DNA of 64,000 bases from Callorhinchus milii (GCF_018977255.1 NW_024704742.1:37512001-37576000); one strand, 5' to 3'; shown: positions 12,801 to 25,987, counted from the stretch's first letter. Notes: generated from the letters alone by a model not told the origin. A program made the numbers and translations.

Positions 12801-15800
12801 TTATCCACACGATACTAATCTAAACTCAGTTTTGAGTGAGGCAGGTGTGTGTGCCCTAAATGAGCCGTAAAGAGCTGCTGTTTTCGGCTCTCAAATGATC
12901 TAAGTATGGTTCAAAGATGGTGGCGATCAAAGCTTTTCAGCTGATTTTGTATATTACTATTCAAAAGTATAGGAGAGGTATTTCTAAATGCATTTCAATG
13001 CTGTACCTTAAATCGGAATGGAATCTTTAGGAAGCCTGTACTTGTGACCCTTATGTTGTTATAAAGGCAAAAGTTAAAATTGCTATCAGATGAGGTAAGC
13101 TATGACCAAATGCCAAGCAGGGATTTTTTGACATGCCCGAATGGTCTTTGTTATTGCTTGCTTCAGATCCTGCATCTGTGTGAGCTCATTTAGGGCACAC
13201 ACACTTGCCAGACTCAAAACTGAGTTTAGATGAGTATCCTGTGTAAAAGCCCTTACAGGCAGTTTTCCCGTGAGACTGACCACATGATTTATTTAGGAAC
13301 CAAGTTGAGAGCCAGTGCACCATACTAAAAGCACAAATCGAGTGAGCATCTAGACTGAAAGCGTGTCTGTTTAAAAGTGCATCTCTACCTTTTAGTATTC
13401 ATGGAGGCTTTCATCATCCATTTATTTGTCAGAGGATCAAACATTTCTATGCTGCCCAAATGTTCGTTTCCATCATGCCCTCCAACTGCATAGACTTTTC
13501 CTATGGTTCAACCACGCAACACCGTTAAAAATGTACACGATCATCAACTTAAAACAAAGTCAGCAAAGCGCTTCAAGAAATATGGTTTGAAATGTTATTA
13601 ACCATCAACTGAGATTACTCCAACGTGCCGTCTCCTGCTGTTCATTTCGGGACCAAAGAACCAGCTGTTTCTGCCGATTGAATAACACTCAATACTGCGG
13701 AATGGGTCACCCGCTCCACCTCTGCCACCAACACAAAATAACACACCTGCATGGAAGTACAGAGAAAAGAAACTCATTAAAAGTTAACCACACAACACCA
13801 AATTTGGACAGCAAGACGAAAAATAAACACGTATCTTCTGCAAACCCTGATGTGCACACTGCAGTAGACTGTAAGGTCAATGGAAGAACTACATATTCAT
13901 TCCAGTACATGTCAAGGCCTCGCTATTGATACATCTACAACTGAATGCACAGAACAGTAAAGTAACCTACCTGTCCAAGAAAAACAGACATCTGTTGGGG
14001 CAAGTAAATATTTATTGTCATCTGTTACCTTGGTAAAGCACCATACACAAGTTTAGTTATTTGACAGATAGTCGGGTTACATGAAGGCCATTCCGGACTG
14101 TAGTAAGAGATTAACCTTGATTAACCTTGAGTCAATAATTCAACTAGGCATAACTCTTAAAATAAAATAGATAGAATTGAGTTGAGGGAAAGGATTAGTA
14201 TCCTGGTCAATTACACAGTTCCTGCTAATATTGACTTTGTGATTTGAAATGCCTGGTGTATTTCAGTTGCATAGTTGCTATTTTTGGACGCCTCGTTACA
14301 GTTCCAGGATTCACTATACCAAAGGATAATGCAAACATTTTTATAAAGTATTTGATAAAATTTAAANTTTTTTGGAGACACCCTGTTTCCCCCACAAAAT
14401 ATACAGTGAATTCACTTTACAGTATATTCCGTGAAGCGCTTTGAGACATCCTGGAAGATGTGATAAGGCGCTATATCAAATGCAAGGATTATTACTTACC
14501 CAATTTCAGAGAATATTATGCACACATTAGAGAAAACCAAGACTTGGGGACCACAAAGTATGTCTTTTGGGGTACTGCTGGAGTTTAAGCCTCTGAAGCG
14601 GCAGAGCTTACCATTGAGAGCACCATTCGACAAGCTTTCTGCTGCTTGGTCAGCTAGGACTACCCTACTTCTCAGGGATTCAGTTTGCAAGGTTAATAGG
14701 AGCTGAGTGGGAGGAACCCCAGAATCATCAATCTTCCCCTCCAAGTCTTGCTCTGCCCACAAAATATACAATCAATTCACTTTACAGTATATTCTGTGAA
14801 GCCCTTAGAAACACCTCAAAAACATGATAAGGGGCTATATCAAATGCAAGGAATATTATTTTTATTATTAAGTCCTAATGATAAGCCAGGCTGGCTGATC
14901 TGTGATCAGTATACCATAAAGCTGCAGAGGATGGTCAATGGTTGGTCATTTGACATGTAACAATCACAGGCCTTTTCCTCCAGCGGGTGATGGCATGTAT
15001 CAGGAACCCCTGTGAGCTCCCTTGTGAGCAGCACAAGTCGACATAAAATGTGTAGGAGCATTGTCAACATCCTCTTACCCACAGCTCAAACACACATCTC
15101 ATTAAGCAATGGTCCTGACATGAAAAGTGCTGTACAAATGTAATTTGTTGTTGTTGAACCAGTTGCAAGTGTGGAGCTTGATCAGCAACTGTTTACCTCT
15201 CTGCTTACCAATCAAGATTAACCACATGAAAATGCCTTCACATAATGAAATTCGGTTTCTTAAAAAAAACGAATTTTAAAAAATGTTTTTTCTTTATTAA
15301 ATACTTATTTTAATTAAATCCTTGCATTTGATGTAGCAAATGGCTTCTCCTGATCAATTGGTTATTCACATTCAGCTGTTTGTGGATCATTGCTGTGTGC
15401 AAATTGTCTGTCACAGTTGCATACAAATAAAAGTCATTAACCTTTACAGCAATGCCTTTAAACTGCTTTGAGACGTCTTAACGATACGATAAGGCACTAT
15501 GTCAAATGCAAGTATTATTATCAGCATCTTTCATGTCAAGATTACAGTTCAGAAGCGATAGACATTTTTTTCCGCCAACTTTCTCCCCCATTTTCCTAAA
15601 GAAAAAAAAGCTGCCGTTAATCGGACATTAACGCTGACACGGTCAGCCCTCCTGTACTTATCAAAGTAATCATTCTCATGCACAAATCTAACAGTGAATG
15701 CTGGCAGGCTATTCACCCCTCGAGGCTTCCCAATAAGTCCAATCTCGTCCTCACCCGATGTCTAGCAATAGGTATTAGACATTCTATTACAACAATCTAT

Positions 15801-18800
15801 TTCTGCAAAGTCCATGCGGAGGTGGGATGGTTGCAATTCTTAATTTGGTTTGGATTCTCTTAAGCATGGGGATTGGTTTCTGTATGCGTCAGACACCCAG
15901 CTGATCAAAAAAAGCTGTGGCAGCCATCTGAGCATCATCACAGGCAGCTAAATCAGTACAAACTAAAACCTTCTGGTTTATTTTGCTCAACGCTGCATTG
16001 TTGTGTCTTTTTTTTTAATTCCCCAATGGGGAAAAGCTATAAAAATTAAATGTAATAGATTCTTATTCCTAACAGCAGCTAAACATCTACGTTTTGAAGT
16101 AAACAGAAATTGATTCCGTGATGCAGGACCTCTCAACAACAATAAGATACAACAGACTCATCAATGCACCAAATATCGCAAGGAAAGCATGGTCTGCTGA
16201 ACCATCTACTGTAGTCGATGAAAGCAGGAGTGACAATTTTAGGTTCTGGTTTGAAAGTAATGATTGCACCTTCTTCAGGTCCATATTACACACCACCATT
16301 AAGAAAGAGCTGCGGCTGGAATTGCTGTTCATCTCTAGTTTTCAAGAGACTTTGATATCCACAGTAGAATGCATCTCATTAAATTAAGATCAAACTTGTA
16401 TTACCAGCAGTGTGTTTTCTAGGTGTTGTACGTATGGAGTACTCAAAGTCTGGCACTGGCATGTTGCTCAAGTGAAGATGATAGTTCCTCGCTTCATCCA
16501 ACAGGTCTCTGCATTTCAGATTCTGCCTGATCATGTTGTCTTTGGCCACAACTCCCATAAGGAAATCAACGGGTAACAAGGGCAATCGAACCTGTTGGCA
16601 AGTGCACAGAAAACATAAGCGTGGAACAAGAAATGATGATTCAGTTCACTCTTTCTAAATAATCTAGACTTTAGATATTTGATTATCAACAGTATTTCAA
16701 TCACATCAAAATCCACCTGCTATTCCTTATCCCAGGTTAACCATAACAAGAACTTGCATTTTTATAGCGCCCTTCACACAGGATAGCGCCTGGGAGATAG
16801 CAAGACAAGCATCGACTGTGTTACAATCACCTAACAAACTATGTTCAAACATTGATCCTATCCAGGTGGTTAGCAGATCAGAAATTATCTGTCTTCGGAA
16901 ATTACACTATTTTATCATGATTAAACAACTTTAGCGAAGTTGGGAGAAAATGTGAAGATCACAAGTGACATCAAAAGTCTAATTGCCACCTTTTTTTTTT
17001 GCTTACAACCCTGTACGGCCTGGAACCCAAGCAAGGGAGAGGTGGAGGGTGGGGGGAAGTAACCATAGGCACGGTCGAAGAGGTGGGATTTAACACAAGA
17101 ATTCAGAACTAGAGACATCAAAGGCTTTCACCATGTTGGATTCATTCTAAGATTCTCTTCAGCTCTTCTAGTTTATATAATTGTGCTGCTGTGTATCTTT
17201 ATGTGTCTATCTTATTTTATTTAATCACTCTTGGGTAGGAGTTCCACCTGGGTTTAGGTTAGCTCTATTAATGTAATATTTCGGAGCATCCAGAATTCTT
17301 AAAATAGTCCAATTTTGAAGCGGTTTCTCTGTAAATTTAAGAACTTATGCGAATTGCGTGCACAACTTAATACAAGAAAAGTTTCTGAAAGCCTTTCGAA
17401 CTGCACGAAGAGAGTACAAAAGATTGATTTTCTTTCCTTTTATACAAGGCAATAAAAGAAACTTTCTCAAAACAGCCAGAACAATTGACCCACTGTGCTG
17501 GTTCTATAGAAATTCTCTAATGTAAAACCAGATGTGAAGAACAAGGCTCCCTGAGCAACCGCTTTCCGCAAGGGCGTCATTCATTTCTGCATCGGGACAA
17601 CATCTTTTTTAGGAAGGGTTTGAATTCAGTTTTGAATATGACCATTAGACTCTTGATCTAGTCTTGTCTAGCATCTCCACTGTCAGTTTCCAAGACTTCT
17701 AGAAGGAAACACCAACACTTTGCGTTTATATCGTGCCTTTCACATGGAATAATATCTTAGAGCACTTTATTGTGATCGGGGTGTGTTGACCATAGACACG
17801 GTCGAAGAGGTATGTTTTAAGGCTGAACTTGAAGACTGATTGATAACAACATCTTGCATATGTACGGCACCCTTCACGCAGAGTAGTGTCTTGGAGCAGT
17901 TAGAGACTGATAGAATGAAGGACCAGACCTGTATAAGACAAAGCTAGATTATAAGTCTTCCTTCTTCACCTTCGCTATTCACTATATTAATTTATTGCAT
18001 AAGTACTACTTAGTAATCACTGGGGTTCAAAATGCAGTATTTACTAAAATGGCAATTCAGATCCATCCCGAAAATGGCGATCCCAACTGGTAAACAAAGT
18101 AGATCACGCTCAACCTACAGACTCTCGTAGGTCCCACGAGACATTACGGATGCATTTCCTTCCTTTGGTCTTCAAGTACTTTAGTGGTAATTATAACCCA
18201 CCAGTACCAAAATGTCTGTTCAGTCAACTTCTCAGAAATGCCCGAGATTGCTTGAGAGGAAATGTCCCATTTGATATTGCTCTATCCAGCCTCCTATTTT
18301 CTGAGCTCTCTCCTAACCATAAGCATACAGTGTATCCGCCGATAGGGAAGCAGGAGAATCTCCCTCCCACCCCAAATCTAGCTAATGCTGTTCAAAGAAC
18401 TAATACAACAGCCAAGTCCAAGAAAGCTGTGTAGCCACTTACTGAATCACACGACATTTGACAAGTAATTAGAAAAACTGTAAATGCTGAAAATCGCAGG
18501 GTTCTGAAGAAGGGTCACATACGAATGTTAATGAATCATTTCCGATACGCTTTGATCCCAAACCCTCTGGGACGCTACCCTACTTGAGGAGCGCTATATA
18601 AATGCAAGTTACTGTTATTATTGATCAGTGTAAAATTCCCACATTTTGGTTTCTGAAACTATTTGACATCTGGGTCCCATCTCTAACCCATTGACACTCC
18701 ATACATTTAATACCATCCGAGAGGAAAAAAGATTCCCATTCAAAAAAAAAACAGAAGGCTCATCCTTAACCACACTGAATCCTTAACCACACAGACCATG

Positions 18801-21800
18801 TCAGTGAAACCACCAGCCCAGAGGTGAATGCAGCACCAAGCCTGTGTTGCAACTCTCCCCCAAATCAGTTTCGAGGGAGAACAACATATGATTATGACTC
18901 TTTTTCATGCATACAACACTGTATATTCTGTAATGTATGACAGTGTGCTGCAAACAAAGAATGGCTGTGTTTAAAAAAAAGTATAAGGAAAATTATTTTT
19001 TTTAACCCTCACTCGCCTTTCCACAAGCAACCCATAAACATGAATTCAGTCAGTCAACACTCTAGTCAAATGATGAGCCCTCTCTCTGCCTTGTAAAATT
19101 GAGCCAACAAGCAATTATACATTCAGTCTACCATTGAGGAGTGCACCAGAAGCAGACACTGAATGGCAATATGTACAACATCAAAACATTCTGTTTTATC
19201 CACAGGAATCTTAAACTGACGAGACCTTTCACCCAGAGCTGAAGACAAATTGGTTGTAAACCAACTCAAAAGCTTTAGCCAACTCTGCCCCAGGCATCTG
19301 AAAAGACACTGTTACACAAAAGCCGAGAAAAGTCATGATTTGAATGTCAACAGTCAGAGCCTCTGATGAAAATCTTCTAAAAGATCATTAACAGCCTAAT
19401 AACTGCACAAAACAATTAAAAACATCTGATAATACTACTCTACTTCCCAATTTAGTACAATTTTGCACGTCCTGACTGTTCTTTTTGAAATTTAAGACTT
19501 GCAAACAGAGAAAGCACAGACTGCACATTGTGTAAAAATGATGTAGCCCACTGATTCACAACACACTATTAATCCAGTATTCAGTTGAGAAATTAATACA
19601 ATTCATCCGAATGGCTTGTCAGATTTAAAGAAAGTTGAAATCATGAACTCACTGTTCACTACGTTCTGTAGTTAGTTTTAATAATAACTTGGGCATATAT
19701 AGCACCTTCCATGTAGAACATGTCAAAGCGCTTTACACAGATGGAGTTGGAGCCTCATCGGGGTAGAGTGAAGACGCAATCAAAGAGTTATGTTTTTAGA
19801 TTGATTTTGAAAGCAGAGCGGGAGTGAGTGGGAGAGGGAGGGAGACTGAGGGATTTAGTGAGAGAGTTCCAGAGAGTGTGGCAAAGTGGCTGAATGCTCA
19901 CCCACCAATAATGGGGAGAAGGGGGCCAGAGTTTACAGAGTGGAGGGAGGAGAATTGCAGGAGATTGCAGAGATCAGTTGGGGCAAGGTTGTGAAGGGAT
20001 CCTAAACTTGATTTTAAATGATCTTAATGAACCGTTTAGCATTACTTGTTATGGAAAAAAGCGATTTAAAAATGTCTGAACTCATTAATTACTTAAAGGA
20101 GGGGGTGGGGACAAGATAAAAAAGAAAAAGATTCACTGGAAAAGCACTCCTTCTGTCTTACCGCACTGGAGAAAAACATCTGGTAAACTTTTCAAAGTTA
20201 TTGAATATGCAAAGCTAGTAACCACAAAGCATGCAATGTGACACTATCAAAACTCAAGTTATTCCTACTCGGCAATAATCTTTAAACCCTAGAGGTTGGG
20301 ATTTGATCAATCACATGCAACATCAGGGAGATATAATGCTGGAACAAACCCCATGCTCAGTAAATGTATTCAGTGGATATCTCAGCACGATACTGATCAA
20401 GCTTGTGCTGAGTTTGCTGATCGCTATCTGATTTCCCCTGCTGAACACGAAATGAAGAGTGAACAGAGGATCAAGGTCAGCTTTGATGTCTCCTCCACTC
20501 CAATAGACCAATACCATGCTTACACTCATAGTCAAGGTTCACATATACATATAACGACCACATAACGTGACACCAGAGGGCAACAGTGCATGCAGTACTG
20601 AACCCAATACTGTCTGAGGAAAATCAAACAGAAGGAGTGGGCGCAAGAATCTTACCTCCATGGTTTCAAACATAAACAACGCCTACCTGGCCAAGAACTT
20701 GATCCAACCACATGGCATGATGCTGTGGGTTTGTGTGCAGCCATTTAATGGCAGCACTGTATACCTGCTTTTCATGTTCCACATTTAAATTGCTGGACGA
20801 AAGAAGTGTGACCAGGTGCTTTGGTGAAACGTTTACAAAATCTTCGCAATCTACCACTTCATTGAAGTGTTCACAGGCGTATTTATCAGCCATGCCCATC
20901 AGGTCCACCCGGTTGTGGCTCTCAGCAAACGTGCGCACGGCCAAGCAGTTTGAAGGATGAAAATGGGCTTTCATGTATTCACAGCACGCCCTGGCCACCA
21001 GCTCCACCTGCAGAATGCAGGCAGCATAGAGGAGAGGCTGCACGTTGTCCACAGTGAGGGTAATCCTGGAGCAATAGGCAAACTTCACCAGGTCATCAAC
21101 TGCATCACCATCAAAATCTTTAATCTCAACCAGGTCCTGTTTGGCTTCTGCCATTTCAGAGAGAAACATAGCTCTGAAGTAGGGAATCACACAAGCCAGG
21201 ACCAGTTTGTGGCATGGGATAACCTTGGACCCAACCTATTTGGGAAACAAAGAGCACAGACTTTAGAATGAGATACTTTAAAAAACAGGATAGAGGGAGT
21301 AAATCTGGAATAATAATTTCTGTTTAAAACAGAAGGAAAAACAATTTTGAAAAGTCAATGCACCGTGAGACATGGAGCCTTTGGAGATTGGCATGCACCG
21401 GTGCAATGAGATGCAAGTTCTTGTATTAATTAGGAGCTGATAAGTATATTGGGCAAGTTAAAATTTGTGAAGGGTGGAGACAGGGAGGCCAATGGGGAGA
21501 GCACTAAAGAAATTAACTTAAGAGACAATGAGGCATAGTTAGGCACTTTTGCAGCAAGTAGCAGTGTTAAGTGAATAGTGTTGATAGCAATGAGTCAGAT
21601 AACCTGATTACAACTCATATCAAGATTGAACAGACCGCAGAGTTTGCACAATACCAGGTTCAGTGTGTGCAAGTATTCAGAGACATTAATGGATTCAGAA
21701 CCAAAGGCATTTTAGTGCTGGTGAGAGCCAAATAAGACAGCTTCAGTTTTCTAGACATTCAGCTGTAATTAGTTGTGGCTCATCCGAGCTACCTCTTACA

Positions 21801-24596
21801 CCTCCCTCCAACTCTATCTACAGATCATATAAAGAGGTGCTCATTTATATGAGAGAAACTATCTTATTTTCATAATCTAAGAGACAAAGATTACCACATC
21901 AAAACCTACACGACTGATTGTTGAAAGGGTTGTAAATTACTGGACAAAAGCAATAAATTGCAAAGAACAAAGATTAATGTTAAATTGTGGTTTGTCAGCA
22001 GGTAACAGCAGCAGCAACCGACTTTTAGGTTGGAGAGCTGGAATATTTCATCCCACTTGCAGATAACGTCTCGTGTGCAATGTACAAACCATCTGCTGAA
22101 ATTAGTGCTGGTTCCAGCACAAGGTCTTCTCAAAATTACAATTGCTCCAGAGTAACACTTTACTGCAAACCAACACCATGTTAACAGGGCCATTATTGTT
22201 ATTACCTACAGTAGATCAATTCATTCAATTAAGGTCTGAGGGGAACATTTCACTTGCTTAATTATTGGACTTGCTCTTCACTGGAACTGGTATCTTGGCA
22301 CGGTGTGCGAAACAATGTGGCAGCTCAAAAGCCAATACAAGTCAGTTGTGTTCAGTGTACTTTGCTGTGCAGTCTTTGCAAATGTAATCAATTAGCAAAT
22401 TACCACAATGTACTGAGTTTTCAGTGCCTTCTTAAACCAGCTGACAGAAAGACAATAAGATTCATGCAGTTATATCAATTTTTAAAAAAAAGAAAACTGG
22501 CACATTATTAGTGGGTTCCCACCACTGAATTCCTTGAATTTATTTTACATATACTAATAAATTTGAATAGAAAAATTCTGACGGATAATAAAGCCATCTA
22601 TTATTTATTGCAAATTAAATAATTCACTATGCAGCTCTTAAAGAGTACATGCATCCTACAGATTAATCATTGTTTAAGGCTGCCATCAATTAGCAAGTCT
22701 AACACAGACTAAAGTTAAATAATGGATTGATGATCTGGTACTGATGGGGATTAAATCAAGCAGCCTGTCTGTAATGTGCCAAGATATGGCAGCAGCAGTA
22801 CAAGTTTATTATTTCTTGTCATTAAAAGCAGGGTCTGAATTATTCAATAAAGACTAAGCACTACCTAGGATACTTAGTGGAATAGAATTTAACTGATGGT
22901 GACTTGAGACGCCGACAATTCTACAATCTCCAGATGTTTGATGCATGTTGCACATCTAGCATTTCCACTGCAAGATGAGTGTTGTCTTGGGAGAAAGATG
23001 CATTTCCTAGTACTTTTGTAAAAGAAAGTTATTCCCCTATAACCCTAACCCTGATTCATATATATGCTACGCTTGCAACCAAAGGATCCAATATGGAATG
23101 AAGATTGACACACAGACAGACATTTCATCTTTATCTCCACTCAACTGGGAGGACTCTGCGCTTTAAAAAATGTAATTTTGTTGTTGTTGCTGCGGCTTAG
23201 CTTCGTCTGTATTTCTTTATTTGTTCCTGCCGCTTGGCTATGTGCATGCTCTGTGACAGAGGATGCCACAGTGCCACAGTCAACCGGTGCGGCCACCAGG
23301 TATAACTGCAGTGCATGCATGCATATGTACTTGCTCTGTGACGCACAATACTGCAGCCCACTTTGACTCGGCGGCCACCGTAACTGCAGCAAAAAATGCA
23401 AAATTGAAAATAACTCATGAAACATAGGAGATACCTGAAAACAAATATGCCCATGTCACTCCCAAATGCAACACCTTTCCGATAAGGTATCAATCATGTT
23501 TCTATGTCAATCGGTTATTGAAATCCTTCTTGAAGCGCAGACAGACATTGTCGTTTTATTAGTATATATATACATAGCTAGAAAGAAGAAGATAGATAGA
23601 AAAAGATAGATATATAGACATTTTTTTCTGAAAGGAACCATTTCTCTCATTATTTCCTGTCTTACTAGTAATTGTTCTCAGCTCACTGTCATTCTCATAC
23701 CTATTTTTAGAAAGGGTGAAACAGCAAGTATTATTTATAACAGTTATTTTTAAACAGGACACTTATGTTCAAGCAATTGCAGTGATTATCACAATTTAAT
23801 ATTTTATATCATATCAATTCCAGGCTTAATATTCTACCAAGCGGCAAAGGTGACAGTAAGAGAGATCCCAATATCAAAAGTGACAAAAGAAGCCCCGACA
23901 CTGGTGCGAAAAGTCTTAAATTGATAAAGAAGGTAGAACTTCAGCACCTCGTGTTCCTGCTAGGAAAGAAACCTACAATAATCAAGTTAATTATATTAAA
24001 TGGGACTTTAGCTTAATGTCTCATCTGAAAGGTGCCACCTCCAACAATGTATTGCCGTGCCAGGCTAGACTGTATGATCAAAGTCCCAACATGGGGCTTG
24101 AACACACAAATGTCTGACAGAGTGAGGGTGCTGCCAACAGCACCAGGCTGATACTCTCTTCTTAGTCACTAAAACACAAGGATAATCAACACAAAAACAA
24201 AAGCTTTCTTTAAAAAAACCCTGAATGATGTTTAAAGATCCTCTTTTGTTCCTTTATTTACACTCCAACAGGTCCAACCAACAGCAAGAAATATCACAAG
24301 ACCAAGGAATTGGATTAAATGCTGAAAAGATCTCTCACCTTTAATGTTATGTCGCAGAGTTCTTTGGCTTCATAGAACTGACAGAGCGAGTTGTGATAAT
24401 CCTTCCAAGCTTCATTTGCTTCAAACACGAAAGAACCATCTCCTTCAGTGTCATTGTCCGAGGGCTTATCAGGAAATTTCCGATTCTTTAGCTGCTGATG
24501 CTTCAGCTCTGGAATCATATCCCCAGATGACATTTCCCCAGATGCTATGGTTTCAGCTGCAAATACCTGCTCAGGGTTGAGAGAGACTTTCACCAT
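6772..24596 (-). CDS. KLHL8: Kelch-like protein 8 (BTB-BACK-Kelch, CUL3 substrate adaptor); whole spliced CDS, 9 coding exons, 1905 nt / 634 aa
   Basis: Exons of 258+549+187+144+112+169+160+202+124 nt join in frame across GT-AG introns. The peptide matches vertebrate KLHL8 as I recall it (FEANEAWKD...[26 protein letters not shown]...[10 protein letters not shown]...VVDCM*). Confidence 0.97.
8215..8755 (-). mobile_element. L2 LINE 3' fragments (at least two pieces)
   Basis: Similar to 2132-2805 and 34802-35469. Confidence 0.75.
8825..9026 (-). CDS. KLHL8: KLHL8 coding exon 8 ([17 protein letters not shown]...)
   Basis: ttag|GT acceptor, AG|GTAAC donor, 202 nt. Confidence 0.96.
11648..11807 (-). 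CDS. KLHL8: KLHL8 coding exon 7 ([11 protein letters not shown]...CLYIV)
   Basis: tttag|AAT acceptor, G|GTGAGT donor, 160 nt. Confidence 0.96.
12426..12594 (-). CDS. KLHL8: KLHL8 coding exon 6 ([20 protein letters not shown]...VALG)
   Basis: ttatag|G acceptor, GGG|GTAAG donor, 169 nt. Confidence 0.96.
12736..13313. repeat. 130-bp inverted repeat (arms 12736-12865 and 13184-13313) in a KLHL8 intron
   Basis: Hand alignment gives 117 of 130 identical, ungapped. Confidence 0.92.
13389..13500 (-). CDS. KLHL8: KLHL8 coding exon 5 ([11 protein letters not shown]...MNTK)
   Basis: catag|GA acceptor, AG|GTAGAG donor, 112 nt; Kelch GG motif. Confidence 0.95.
13603..13746 (-). CDS. KLHL8: KLHL8 coding exon 4 ([18 protein letters not shown]...VISVD)
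   Basis: gcag|GT acceptor, G|GTTAAT donor, 144 nt; first Kelch repeat. Confidence 0.95.
16405..16591 (-). CDS. KLHL8: KLHL8 coding exon 3 ([10 protein letters not shown]...RKHTA)
   Basis: caacag|GTT acceptor, G|GTAAT donor, 187 nt. Confidence 0.97.
20687..21235 (-). CDS. KLHL8: KLHL8 coding exon 2 ([18 protein letters not shown]...LDQVLGQ)
   Basis: aatag|GTT acceptor, CAG|GTAGGC donor, 549 nt, phase 0-0. Confidence 0.97.
24339..24596 (-). CDS. KLHL8: KLHL8 coding exon 1 (MVKVSLNP...ELCDITLK); probable acceptor at 24649-24650; start could instead be the downstream Met of MSSGDM
   Basis: ATG at 24596, donor AAG|GTGAGA at 24338; encodes [11 protein letters not shown]. Confidence 0.9.
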
Positions 24597-24685
24597 ACTA
24601 CCTTTTTAACATCAAACTTGTTGGTAGTATCTGCAAGCCAGTTCATCCCTGGATAACAAGAACACCACCAATTAATAACACTAAA

Positions 24686-25040
24686 TAATAATCCTTACAT
24701 ATGGTACGTTACCTATAATATTGAATGTCTCAATATATTTCACAGCAACTTCCTGTAAAACGTAGATATGTAAGCATGGCAGCCAATTTGCACACAGCTT
24801 TGTTCCAAGTGCACGATTAACTGGTTTATTAGCCAGGAAACTAGGAGAAACTTCCTTTTTTTCTGACTAATGCTGTGGGATGTTTAATGTCCACCTGAAG
24901 AGGCAGACGGCACTTCAGTTTAATACCTCATCTGAAGGATAGTACCTCTGAAAATGTTGCGCTCCCCCATCTTTGCATTAGAGTTTCAGCACAGACTATA
25001 AACTCAAAGCTCTGGCATGGGATTTGAATTTGCAACCTTC
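24686..25040 (-). mobile_element. Older Deu-domain SINE just upstream of the KLHL8 first coding exon
   Basis: GGGATGTTTAATGTCCACCTG...TCAGTTTAATACCTCATCTGAA core. Confidence 0.7.
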
Positions 25041-25987
25041 AGTCATTTCAGTCTCCTCAGTTTTCACAACACTTCACAGTATATGCTGGAGAAATCCTCC
25101 CGCGTAAGAACATAGCCAAAAATTTACAAGTTTCTAAGGTTTATGTTTTAACATTAATTAACATTGTATAATGTGGTTTCGTTTTTAAAACCATTTGATT
25201 GCGGTGGGTAGGGTTGGAGGAGTCACTTTCACTTCAGACACAATTAATCAAATAACATCAAAAGAAAAGCATTTTTAGCAAGAGAATAGCAATAATTCCA
25301 TTCACCGCATTTATCTTCAAAGTATTTTAAAGTTCTCAAGAGTGCAAAGAGAGTTGCACATTGGAGCATCAATATACGGCTACATTGAGGAGCAGGACAG
25401 CGTTAAATGCATTCTTGTAAACACTAAATTTCAGGGACATTCCATGTTAAAAAAGGGTTTATGGGCAAGTCTGAGCATGCCAGGGTGAAAATAAGACAGA
25501 TAAAAACACATGTGAGAAAGTGTGTGCATTGTCCTTTCCATGTGGAAGGTGTTATATCGATGTAAATTTGTATTGTATGTCAGGTGATTTGAGAGCTCAC
25601 TTCTTCTTTGAAATAAAACATATTTTTTAAATAAAAGGAGTTTTAAAAAAAGCAACTGGAAGTCATGTTGGTACTGTTTGGGCAGAAGCGATGTTACCAA
25701 TCAGTAAGTACATCTACTTTGATCCAAGTAAATGAAGCAATCAATCTGCACCTCATTAACATGATGTACATTTTAAATGTGCAATTACTATTTTGTAGTT
25801 TGTAAACACAGCCAGACTAAAGAAATCATGCAAGTACAGATGCTCTCGATCTTCATTTAAAGTACTTTTGTTACAGCCAGATGTCTCCATGCTCCTCCAC
25901 TGAGAAAGGTCAACTCAGACTGGGCTTCAGTTCAACAAGAGGCAGCTCTAGAAGCCAATGTCTGGGGCCCCTCTTGGTGTGAGGAGG

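Noticed and set aside
13501..13602. In-frame retention of the 102-nt KLHL8 intron
   Set aside because: The length is a multiple of three, but it reads GGT TAA at once, so no extended protein results
14367..14367. Single ambiguous base (n)
   Set aside because: Assembly ambiguity, not a biological feature
23040..23052. Telomere-like TAACCC repeat
   Set aside because: Only two units; expected by chance
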